Shown here: piece after piece, positions 7,977 through 15,894 of the stretch
How the letters are laid out: each line of letters opens with the position of its first letter
Position numbering within the stretch: position 1 is the first letter of the stretch
Origin: a virus
Lineage: Duplodnaviria; Caudoviricetes
DNA length: 64,000 bases
Virus record (IMG/VR): IMGVR_UViG_3300033802_000250
Reading direction: 5' to 3' (one strand)
Made by a program: the position numbers and the translations under genes
The notes under the pieces: generated by a model
Databases searched by the model: none
What the model was told of the DNA's origin: nothing
What the model saw: only the letters and a program-made list of their open reading frames with translations

Positions 7977-8566
7977 CGTTCTTTAGCATATTGCTTGAGG
8001 AGTCTGCCGAGCGTCATACCGGTCAGTTTCCGGCTGTGCAATGACAGCGTAGACCAGTTGCGGCGAACCTCATCTTGACCGATCATCGTGTAGATATTGT
8101 TCTTGTAACGATACCGGTCGAACTCATTGAATGCAATGCGCACCGGCGGCCATTCAGGATCTTTCTCTGCGTAGTGCCAGTTGATGCGGCCACCGGGAGT
8201 GTAGTACGGAGGATTCTCGATGTAGTCCGGTTCTTCCATCTCCACCTGCGGCATGGTGATTTCTTCCGTGACCGTGATCGTGCGTTGTACGGTTCCGCTG
8301 TTTCTGATCACTCTCATCACCTGACTACGCAGTTCGTTGTTTTCCTTCATCAACTCAGCAATGGCTTTACCTTGCTCTGCCACGATGTCCATCAGATACT
8401 CGATCTGATTCCGCATGGCGTACATCTCTGCGTTGTAAGCCGAGACCGTGGTGTTATGGTACTCGGTGCGGCTGTGGCGAGCGATGATCTCCATGTCACT
8501 AGCCATCTGAGCCCGGGTCAGGTTCCACTTGCGAAGACGGTTGTTGGTGTTCTTCATGCTACCCAT
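7961..8566 (-). CDS. Hypothetical protein with coiled coil, 201 aa
   Basis: RBS GGAGGT; translationally coupled to the upstream gene. Confidence 0.75.
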   Translation of the reverse strand: MGSMKNTNNRLRKWNLTRAQMASDMEIIARHSRTEYHNTTVSAYNAEMYAMRNQIEYLMDIVAEQGKAIAELMKENNELRSQVMRVIRNSGTVQRTITVTEEITMPQVEMEEPDYIENPPYYTPGGRINWHYAEKDPEWPPVRIAFNEFDRYRYKNNIYTMIGQDEVRRNWSTLSLHSRKLTGMTLGRLLKQYAKERGLNY

Positions 8567-8910
8567 CAGTTATTACCTCCATTGTCTTTATTCAATGCGT
8601 TTTGCAAGAAGAAGGCAAATACCTTTTCTTGGTTCTCGGTGCGTGCCGGACGACTGAGCGGCTTCTGCTTCTTCATCATCTCCTGCTGGCGGCGCTTCAT
8701 GAAGTCGGGAATGTCTACTCTGTGTACGGGATCAATCGGGGGAATCATGTCTACAACCTCCTCTTGGATCACGGGTTTGGTGATCGGCAGGTAATAGTCG
8801 CTTACGACACCATCCTTGGTGACTTGGAAGCGACGGTAATCGCCTTCTTCAAATACCCTTACACTGTCAAACGAAATGTTCTTCAGATCGTCTTGTGAGA
8901 TGATGTTCAT
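8566..8910 (-). CDS. Hypothetical protein, 114 aa
   Basis: RBS AGAGGAGG; ATGA overlap with upstream gene. Confidence 0.75.
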   Translation of the reverse strand: MNIISQDDLKNISFDSVRVFEEGDYRRFQVTKDGVVSDYYLPITKPVIQEEVVDMIPPIDPVHRVDIPDFMKRRQQEMMKKQKPLSRPARTENQEKVFAFFLQNALNKDNGGNN

Positions 8911-9116
8911 CGTGCATCCTCCTCTTTTTTGTTGAGTTGATCGGGTCTCAGACCAGAGAAGCGAATCAGTTCATTCGCCTTTCCATTGTGCAGGCAGACG
9001 ATACGGTATTGCCCATCTCCAAGATATTCGGAGTAGACAAACCCTTTCTGCTCACAGAATCCGAGGTACTCCAGAGTCTCCTTGTTCTTTAGAACTGCTC
9101 TGTAGTTAATACGCAT
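8907..9116 (-). CDS. Small hypothetical protein (about 69 aa)
   Basis: RBS AAGGAGGTG before ATG 9116. Confidence 0.7.
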   Translation of the reverse strand: MRINYRAVLKNKETLEYLGFCEQKGFVYSEYLGDGQYRIVCLHNGKANELIRFSGLRPDQLNKKEEDAR

Positions 9117-9585
9117 AGCCATCACCTCCTTCCAACATCCTGATTCTCTTGAGGCACAGATTTACGAGATGGTCTTGCCCAACTCTGCGCAGTTGATCCA
9201 TGCAGTAGATCAGCATGTCAATCAACAGTTCTTTGTATCCGAGTTGTACAGCGTAGTGATCGGCAACGTACTCGGCGTGTTCGCCAAACCAGAAGCCATT
9301 GCCAAGCGGAGTAACGACATGCCCGATTTCATGTGCAACAATCGCCTCGGCCCACTTGCTGTTGATGAAGCGATCCATGTCGTAGACAATGATGAGGTAG
9401 TCGTATTGACCGATAGCTCCCGGGCCAGCCTCAGCAACAACAGTCAGCAGAATCGGATCAATGTTGTACTGTTCAATCATCTCCTTTGTGAAGCCGGTAG
9501 CACCCAAGCAGTAGTCAGGCGATTCGTAGATTGCCAACCTCTTGTTGGTGCCAAACTTTGCAGAATTGATGTTCATAACTTTCAT
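9106..9585 (-). CDS. HEXXH zinc metallopeptidase-like protein (about 159 aa)
   Basis: AIVAHEIGH followed by EYVADHYA (gluzincin-type third ligand); RBS AAGGAGG before ATG 9585. Confidence 0.75.
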   Translation of the reverse strand: MKVMNINSAKFGTNKRLAIYESPDYCLGATGFTKEMIEQYNIDPILLTVVAEAGPGAIGQYDYLIIVYDMDRFINSKWAEAIVAHEIGHVVTPLGNGFWFGEHAEYVADHYAVQLGYKELLIDMLIYCMDQLRRVGQDHLVNLCLKRIRMLEGGDGYAY

Positions 9586-9784
9586 CTTGCATTCCTCCTT
9601 CTCGTGGTAGGTCACGACCCATTTCAGCAGGGGGTGGGGCATGAAACGGCAGATGGCCCCCTTGCAAAAAAGAGAGGTGGTACTGCGAGAAAATTTATAT
9701 ATTTTTCCGGCCTATAGGGCTTCCATTTCTTGCCAAAATATTTCTTGACGAAACTGCCGTATGGTCTATGAAGTTGGCAGATAT

Positions 9785-9795
9785 TATGATATAAT
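9785..9795 (+). promoter_or_regulatory. Extended -10 sigma-A-type promoter (TGnTATAAT) for the rightward arm
   Basis: TATGATATAAT about 38 nt before ATG 9833; same TATGATATAA at 12547-12556. Confidence 0.6.
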
Positions 9796-9832
9796 CTGTA
9801 ACAAAATTGAGAGAGAAGGAGGTAGAGCGAAG

Positions 9833-10561
9833 ATGGAATTACAGAAGCGCTTTATCGTAGAGGAAGCGGCAAAGGATCTTCAGGAGAAAGGGTTCCCTCT
9901 TACGTCGGATGACATCAAAGAGTTGGAACTGATCGCTGAAGATCTTCCGAAGACCAGAACGCTGACGGAAGCTTCGTCTCGTCTTGTTGACGCATTCCTG
10001 AACCGGAAGTTCCATCATGATGAAGACGAGAACGAAGAAGTCGGCGAGAATGAAGAACCGCAGGAATACAATACGGTGTACTTCACCGGTTTTGATTCCA
10101 AGATTGCTGTCAACGGGGTGTTGATCCCGGAAGTACAGGCGGTCGTATGGAACAAGAAGCTCATCAACTTCAACAAGGATGAGCGCGTGATCGGCGAACT
10201 CCGTTGTTTGGTGTTCTATGATGACAATCCTGACACTCTCAAAACGGAGAGTTCAATGGAGGAGGCGCTCGCGCAGGGCGGCGACACGACGCTGGTGATC
10301 ACATATGCCGACGAACTCGGCAATCAGGCCGTCGATATTTTTATCAATCCCGTATTCTTGGAAGTGCGCAATGAGATGAGCATTGATCAGATCACGCCGC
10401 TCGAAGCGTACGTGTTCAAAGCGGAAGATGTTTGGCGCGGGCGGATCCCGCCCGACATGAATGTATGGCTCGACATGGAGACGCTCAACAAAGCGGTGCT
10501 GTCGTTGCCTCAACGTACGTCGAAAAGCGGCGGGCAATTGTCAGAAATGACAAGCCTGTGA
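9833..10561 (+). CDS. Orphan tail-tube-fold paralog with acidic N-terminal extension (about 242 aa)
   Basis: FTGFDSKIAVNGVLIPEVQAVVW and LVITYADELGNQ...MSIDQ...YVFKAEDV align by eye with the tube protein at 47301 (FSGADLVVSFG...ELQQISW; VTLTFANEYGQ...VSVDS...YVARRI). Confidence 0.65.
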   Translation: MELQKRFIVEEAAKDLQEKGFPLTSDDIKELELIAEDLPKTRTLTEASSRLVDAFLNRKFHHDEDENEEVGENEEPQEYNTVYFTGFDSKIAVNGVLIPEVQAVVWNKKLINFNKDERVIGELRCLVFYDDNPDTLKTESSMEEALAQGGDTTLVITYADELGNQAVDIFINPVFLEVRNEMSIDQITPLEAYVFKAEDVWRGRIPPDMNVWLDMETLNKAVLSLPQRTSKSGGQLSEMTSL

Positions 10562-10573
10562 TATGCTGAAGGT

Positions 10574-10665
10574 GGATGTCATTGCTCTCCTAATTGGTTT
10601 GTGGATCATCTTTGGGGCGTGCGCGGTTGACCAAGCCTGACCGCCCGCCCCGCTCCCTTTTCTTT
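10574..10665 (+). ncRNA. Putative small RNA (about 90 nt) carrying an anti-Shine-Dalgarno segment
   Basis: TTGTCA(10538)-18-TATGCT(10562) promoter with TG extension, CATTGCTCTCCT at 10580-10591, GC hairpin 10614-10651 plus U-tract. Confidence 0.45.
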
Positions 10666-10706
10666 AGGGTAGCCAGCCCGTAACCCGCTCACAAGGCGGT
10701 GGGAGT

Positions 10707-11498
10707 TTGAAGTATCTTCAAAGCGCATACAACGGCAACCACGACGAGTTGATTATCAAGCCTCTCGGAGATCTGCACATCGGCGCTCCGAACTTCGATG
10801 AAAAGGTCTTTACCCGGGAGCTTGAGAAGATCGACAAGGAAAGGGATCGAACACGAATCATCCTGATGGGTGACTTGGCAGAAACCGCAACCAAAGAATC
10901 GGTCGGAGCGGGTGTCTACGAGCAGAGGGATATGGTGGATCAGCAAATCTACAAAGCCAAAAACCTGCTGTGGGACTTCCGCGATCTGATTGATTTGATC
11001 GTCACCGGCAATCATGAACAGCGCGTGTACAAGCAATCGGGCCACGACCCAATGCGGTATTTCGCGGAACTCATGGGGCTGGCCGACAAGTACGCTCGAT
11101 ATCAAGGCGTTGTCAAATACGCTTGGAACAAGCGTGCGTACGATGTTGCCGTGTGGCACGGCGCGGGCGGCGGTACAACCATCGGCGGCGCGATGAACAA
11201 ATTGCAGAAGATGCAAAACGTCGTTGTCGCAGATGTGTACCTGATGGGCCACGTACATAAACGGGCCGCCACCTTCGATGGTATTTACATAACCGATCAA
11301 CGCAACGGCAAGATCATTCAGAAGAAGCAAGCGTTTGTCATTACGGGTTCCGCCCTTGGTTATGAAGAAAGCTACGCCGAGGAGGCCGGGCTGAAGCCGT
11401 CGATCAAAGGATTTCCCTCGATCTATCTGGACGGTACATTCCAAGCGGCGGGCAATAGCAGGCAAGTCGTCAACAAAGATATTAGGGTCGAAATCTGA
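10707..11498 (+). CDS. Calcineurin-like metallophosphoesterase
   Basis: Motifs DLHIG, GDLAE, GNHE, WHG, GHVH. Confidence 0.88.
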   Translation: MKYLQSAYNGNHDELIIKPLGDLHIGAPNFDEKVFTRELEKIDKERDRTRIILMGDLAETATKESVGAGVYEQRDMVDQQIYKAKNLLWDFRDLIDLIVTGNHEQRVYKQSGHDPMRYFAELMGLADKYARYQGVVKYAWNKRAYDVAVWHGAGGGTTIGGAMNKLQKMQNVVVADVYLMGHVHKRAATFDGIYITDQRNGKIIQKKQAFVITGSALGYEESYAEEAGLKPSIKGFPSIYLDGTFQAAGNSRQVVNKDIRVEI

Positions 11499-11516
11499 TC
11501 CTTAACCGAGGGAGAG

Positions 11517-11753
11517 ATGACGATGCAACCAATTAGCGAACTCGAAAAGAGCAGACGCGCCCACTTGCTTCAGGAAGTCATTCTCGTTACTGAAGACGAG
11601 GAGGGCAAATCCAACGAGATTCGGCATGTGCGGCGGCCAGAGGTCAATAGCCCGCCCCCGCCGCGCAGGTCGAATACGAAACCCAAGTACAACAATAACC
11701 GGGCGAAGGTTCGCAGGAAGATGGCGGCCATATCCCGGAAGAAAAATAGATGA
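11517..11753 (+). CDS. Small basic hypothetical protein
   Basis: RBS GAGGGAG; Arg/Lys-rich C-terminus. Confidence 0.65.
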   Translation: MTMQPISELEKSRRAHLLQEVILVTEDEEGKSNEIRHVRRPEVNSPPPPRRSNTKPKYNNNRAKVRRKMAAISRKKNR

Positions 11754-11764
11754 GGTGATATCCG

Positions 11765-11971
11765 ATGGAAAAGCCGCTTGAAAACATTTTCCGATACCAT
11801 CCGCCGAAGGACGATCAGCCGAAACGCTACGAGACGATCCGTTCGCTCGGGCACGGCTTCGCGGAGGCGATTGAGAATCTCTGCCCGCCGAGCGCCGAGC
11901 GTGACGAGGCGATCAAGAAAATCCGGGAAGCTGTGATGTGGGCAAACGCATCTATCGCCTGCAACGAATGA
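11765..11971 (+). CDS. Acb2/Tad1-like helical-hairpin protein (candidate nucleotide-signal sponge)
   Basis: 68 aa, FRYHPP...CPPSAERDEAIKKIREAVMWANASIA resembles the Tad1-type C-terminal hairpin (SRE..A...EEA.MW.N). Confidence 0.65.
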   Translation: MEKPLENIFRYHPPKDDQPKRYETIRSLGHGFAEAIENLCPPSAERDEAIKKIREAVMWANASIACNE

Positions 11972-11980
11972 GGTGGCGAC

Positions 11981-12481
11981 ATGCTGGAGCCCGCCCTCAA
12001 ATATGAAAGCCAGCTTCAACAGCTTTTCTTGGATCGCTGGTACGATCCCAAATACATGTACTACAACAATTATTCGTGGCGCGATCAATTCAAGGTTGCG
12101 ACGAACAATTGGGAGTACATGGAGTTCGTCAGTACGCTCAACGGTGAAGTGATCGGATACTTCAACGCGAAGATCGACCGCGATTCATTGGTGGTGACGA
12201 ATATCGGAGCCGTCAACTTCTACGACATGAACTTTGTCTTCGCGAAAGACTTCGCCAAATTCCTGCGGAATCTGTTCGATGTCTTTAAGTTCCGCAAGAT
12301 CCGCTTCACCGTCAACGTCGGCAACCCCATTGAGCCGACATACGACAAGCTGGTGATTCGATACGGGGGCCGCATCGTCGGTATCTGGAAAGCTGAAGAC
12401 AAACTGATGGACGGCACTTATTCGGATCGCAAGCTGTACGAAATCATGCGCGAAGATTATCTCGCCGCGAAGAATCGGTGA
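11981..12481 (+). CDS. GNAT-family (RimJ/RimL-like) acetyltransferase
   Basis: GEVIGYF strand, FRKIRFTVNVGNP, C-terminal DGTYSDRKLYEIMREDY. Confidence 0.75.
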   Translation: MLEPALKYESQLQQLFLDRWYDPKYMYYNNYSWRDQFKVATNNWEYMEFVSTLNGEVIGYFNAKIDRDSLVVTNIGAVNFYDMNFVFAKDFAKFLRNLFDVFKFRKIRFTVNVGNPIEPTYDKLVIRYGGRIVGIWKAEDKLMDGTYSDRKLYEIMREDYLAAKNR

Positions 12482-12482
12482 T

Positions 12483-12527
12483 ACAAACCCTGTGGTTTTG
12501 GTTGACAAAACCGCAGGGTTTGTTTTT
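12483..12527 (+). terminator. Intrinsic terminator
   Basis: 17-bp inverted repeat ACAAACCCTGTGGTTTT/AAAACCGCAGGGTTTGT followed by TTTT. Confidence 0.8.
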
Positions 12528-12588
12528 GGTGAAAAATAGGACACACTATGATATAACTAAATTAGGATGTTCGCTAGGAGGGATTGCC

Positions 12589-12912
12589 ATGTCATTTGTC
12601 GATGACGTGCGGCGGCTCTCCCAAGAGGAAGGGTTATTCGATCACGAGATCGCAAAACAACTGAACACCTATCGCGTGAAAGTAACCCGGTGCCGCCAAA
12701 AGCACAACATTCCTCGTCCAAACCTAGCGAATCGAAAGGACAAACCCCACAGGTGCAAACGGTGCAAAGAAGTCCGACTCATCCGTCGAAGGGAGCGAGC
12801 GCAAGGGTATTGCCCCGAGTGCAGAGAAATCGCCCATCGGGAACTCCTTGAGCGCAAGCGAAAGTACATGAGAAAGTACATCAGCCAGAAGAAGGCAGGT
12901 GAATCCAAATGA
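12589..12912 (+). CDS. HTH plus zinc-ribbon putative DNA-binding protein (about 107 aa)
   Basis: DHEIAKQLNTYRVKVTRCR helix-turn-helix; CKRC...CPEC; RBS AGGAGG before ATG 12589. Confidence 0.7.
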   Translation: MSFVDDVRRLSQEEGLFDHEIAKQLNTYRVKVTRCRQKHNIPRPNLANRKDKPHRCKRCKEVRLIRRRERAQGYCPECREIAHRELLERKRKYMRKYISQKKAGESK

Positions 12913-13703
12913 GCGATCCGAAGGACGACATTCTCGAAGAAGACGACATCGAATGGGATATGTCGGATGACGAGGATGAAGTGCCGGATGATGAGGATGA
13001 GAATACCAATCTCCCGGTCGTCGTCGAAATGGATTCGATTCAACTGCCTGCGGCGTGGGCGAATACGTCGGCTCAAGTGGATCAGGTGCGCAAGCATCGC
13101 AAGATGTTCAATCTGCGGCACGGACTTTTCGTCAACGTGCCGATGGTCTGCAAGAACGACAAGTGCCCTCTGAAAGAGGTTTGCACGATTCATCCGTCAC
13201 AGCGCCCGACAGGCGAACGTTGTCCTATCGAGATCGCCGCAATTCTGGATCGGTTCGAGAAATACTGTACCGAACTCAATATTGGCGAGCATGACTACTT
13301 CGATCAATCACAAGTCAAAGACCTTGTCGATATCGAGATCAAACTCATGCGAGCCAACGGTCTGCTCGCTACATCGGCTGATTTCATCGAACAGGTTGTC
13401 GTCGGCATCGACGACAAAGGTAACGCCCATACCCGGCCAGAATTGCATATGGCGACGGTGTACGAGGAGAAACTCCTCGCCCGCAAGGCGAAAATCCTCA
13501 ATGATCTGAACTCGACTCGCCGTCTGCGCGAGAAAAATAAACAGGCGAACGACCCATCCTCGTTCGCCGCACAACTCATGCAGAAGGCGATGCGAGCTAG
13601 GATGAATATCATCCAAGTCGATGCTGATGTTGTCGATTCTGACAGTGGCGGCACATACGGCGTCGCAACTATTGAAGAAGGCGGTGAGGTAACAGATGCA
13701 TGA
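12909..13703 (+). CDS. Candidate terminase small subunit
   Basis: Upstream of TerL; Cys cluster C-x4-CP-x4-C...CPIE followed by helical region; positional inference. Confidence 0.4.
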   Translation: MSDPKDDILEEDDIEWDMSDDEDEVPDDEDENTNLPVVVEMDSIQLPAAWANTSAQVDQVRKHRKMFNLRHGLFVNVPMVCKNDKCPLKEVCTIHPSQRPTGERCPIEIAAILDRFEKYCTELNIGEHDYFDQSQVKDLVDIEIKLMRANGLLATSADFIEQVVVGIDDKGNAHTRPELHMATVYEEKLLARKAKILNDLNSTRRLREKNKQANDPSSFAAQLMQKAMRARMNIIQVDADVVDSDSGGTYGVATIEEGGEVTDA

Positions 13704-14286
13704 ACTGAAAACCATCGCCAGAACCATTGGTCAAAGAATCCGTTCCAATGGGGAGGCTATGGAGAACCATCTGTTCTTCGGTGCGCAGGCTACTCGCCAG
13801 CAGGTTTTTGCCGGTTTTGACGATCTCAGCAAGGCGAAAGGGGTTATCAAAACGGGGCGCAAACAGCATAAGGAGGTTCTTTCGGGTTTGGATCGGCAGA
13901 TTTCCGAACTGGAGAACCAACTGAGCCAGATGCGAAGCAAACCCGAAGACTACAACAAGCAACAATTTGAAGACCTGCAAAACCTGCTGAACGAACGCAG
14001 GGCCACCCGGGAAAGAAAGGTCAAGAACTTCAACGCGGGGATGGAAAAGCATTATCAGCAACGTGCCCAAGCACTCATGGATATCGGCGGAGGCGTGTGG
14101 GAGTGGGCGAGCGCCGGAGATTATGCTGGACAAGGACTCCGTCGCGCCGGTGTAATCGCAACCCGTATCGGGGCTCCCGCCGCTGGCTGGATGGGCGCGA
14201 ACATCGGCTTCCGCTATTTGCGCGGCGGCACCGCAACGCGCAATCCGAATGGCGAGCGTGACATTGCCGGAATCCCGCTGGTGTAA
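13696..14286 (+). CDS. Hypothetical protein, coiled coil plus Gly-rich C-terminus
   Basis: RBS GAGGT, coupled to upstream gene. Confidence 0.7.
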   Translation: MHELKTIARTIGQRIRSNGEAMENHLFFGAQATRQQVFAGFDDLSKAKGVIKTGRKQHKEVLSGLDRQISELENQLSQMRSKPEDYNKQQFEDLQNLLNERRATRERKVKNFNAGMEKHYQQRAQALMDIGGGVWEWASAGDYAGQGLRRAGVIATRIGAPAAGWMGANIGFRYLRGGTATRNPNGERDIAGIPLV

Positions 14287-14305
14287 GTAGGGAGGTGCGG
14301 ATGCA

Positions 14306-14980
14306 ATGCTGAACAACGTCATCAATTCGGCGCTCAAGGCCGGATGGGGCGGCGTCCGCAACGTGTACCGTGGTATCGTCGGAGACGTGCCGGGTGAAGG
14401 CGACGAAAGGCTTTCTCCGGCACGTCGCTTAGCCCGGGATATGCGGAAGCACGCATACGAGTTCGCCACAGGGTATCAATCTGAGTACGTCGATGGCAAA
14501 CTGGTATCCCAATTCGCCAGAAAGGGCGAGAAGGCGTACCGAAGCCGCGTTGGAGCCGCAATGGATTTGGTGCTTGGCGACATGGTTTTGGGTTCTCTTG
14601 GGCTTGCGCTTGGATGGGGCGTACGCAAGGGCGTCAAGCTTGGAGCCAAGGCTGTATCCGCATCGGCGCGTCCGGTAGGGCATCTGGCATACCAGACCTA
14701 CGGATTAGCCCGCGACTTTACGATTGGCGGCGGGCGGATGCTCTATAAGACCTCCAAAAATCCGATTGGTGCGACGGCGTTGTTTGTTGCGCCGATGGGA
14801 CTGGCGTTGGGCGGCCAATTGTTCGATGAAACCCAACACTATGCGGTTCGCAAAGGGCTTGCCGAATATACGGGAATGCAGGTAGACTCCATCCCGGCGG
14901 CCATCACGGGATCGCCGCATGTTGTGGATAACTTCGGAGCCGATGGCAACTTGGTGTTTGCCATGCACAATCTGAGGTGA
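14306..14980 (+). CDS. Gly/Ala-rich hypothetical protein with hydrophobic segments
   Basis: RBS GGGAGGTG; LVLGDMVLGSLGLALGWGV. Confidence 0.7.
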   Translation: MLNNVINSALKAGWGGVRNVYRGIVGDVPGEGDERLSPARRLARDMRKHAYEFATGYQSEYVDGKLVSQFARKGEKAYRSRVGAAMDLVLGDMVLGSLGLALGWGVRKGVKLGAKAVSASARPVGHLAYQTYGLARDFTIGGGRMLYKTSKNPIGATALFVAPMGLALGGQLFDETQHYAVRKGLAEYTGMQVDSIPAAITGSPHVVDNFGADGNLVFAMHNLR

Positions 14981-14986
14981 TGAACG

Positions 14987-15478
14987 ATGGCGACAATCCG
15001 TGGATTGCTGAATCGCAGAGGGAAATCGAAAATCGCACAGAAACTCGGCGCGTTGAACGTTGCCGGTGCAGGTATCGACGTGTTCACCACATATGCTTTT
15101 GAGCGGGCCGATGGTGCGGGCAAGATGGAGGCCGCCGCCAAAGGCGTCATCACCGGGGCGGGCTGGTTGCTCGCCGAACCGCTGATGTGGGGTCTTACCA
15201 TCGCAGGCGGTATCGGCTCCTTGACGGAGATGGCGGTGGAGCAATCCCGTAGCGTCAAGCGCCAGTACGAAAACATTGAGCGCCAAGCCTATCAGGACGT
15301 AGGCCGGGAAGACATGAGGATGTTTCACAGCGGCGAACGCTATGGTACGCTCGGCGGAACCTTCGTAGACAACGAGCAGGCGGCAACGCTTCGTCAGCGT
15401 CAGATGAGTCTTCTGCGCCAACACCGTATGGCGACAGAAACAATCTTGGGGAGTGAAGCCCGACAGCTTCACAGGTGA
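14987..15478 (+). CDS. Gly/Ala-rich hypothetical protein with hydrophobic segment
   Basis: RBS GAGGTG; GVITGAGWLLAEPLMWGLTIAGGIG. Confidence 0.7.
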   Translation: MATIRGLLNRRGKSKIAQKLGALNVAGAGIDVFTTYAFERADGAGKMEAAAKGVITGAGWLLAEPLMWGLTIAGGIGSLTEMAVEQSRSVKRQYENIERQAYQDVGREDMRMFHSGERYGTLGGTFVDNEQAATLRQRQMSLLRQHRMATETILGSEARQLHR

Positions 15479-15483
15479 GATAG

Positions 15484-15885
15484 ATGGCTGAGATCAGATC
15501 GAACGACGACTCCTCTCGATTGGGACTGTATGCAGGGATTCTTGGCACAGGCTTTGCCGCTGGAGCCGCGTTTGCTGTCAGAAATGACCCGATGTATGAC
15601 GATCTGAAGCGGGCCCGGGGGCAGAAGGTTCCGAAACGTAATCAGCCGTGGCGCAAAGAATACATGCCGCATGTAATGGACTCAACAGAGTACGGGCTGT
15701 ATGATCTGGCTCAGCGCAAAGGCGATTACTCGACCGCATTGAAGATGGAACGGAAAGCCGAGAAAGCTTTCCTGCGAATGTCCGAAGACGAGCAGATGGC
15801 CGTCATCAACAACTTCAAAAAGCTAAGTGGTGAGTCCGGTTCGTTTATCAGTCGAATGTTCCGCCGGGCTCCCAAAAAGCTGTAA
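15484..15885 (+). CDS. Hypothetical protein with N-terminal hydrophobic segment
   Basis: LGLYAGILGTGFAAGAAFAV; RBS AGGTGA. Confidence 0.7.
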   Translation: MAEIRSNDDSSRLGLYAGILGTGFAAGAAFAVRNDPMYDDLKRARGQKVPKRNQPWRKEYMPHVMDSTEYGLYDLAQRKGDYSTALKMERKAEKAFLRMSEDEQMAVINNFKKLSGESGSFISRMFRRAPKKL

Positions 15886-15894
15886 GGTGATGCT

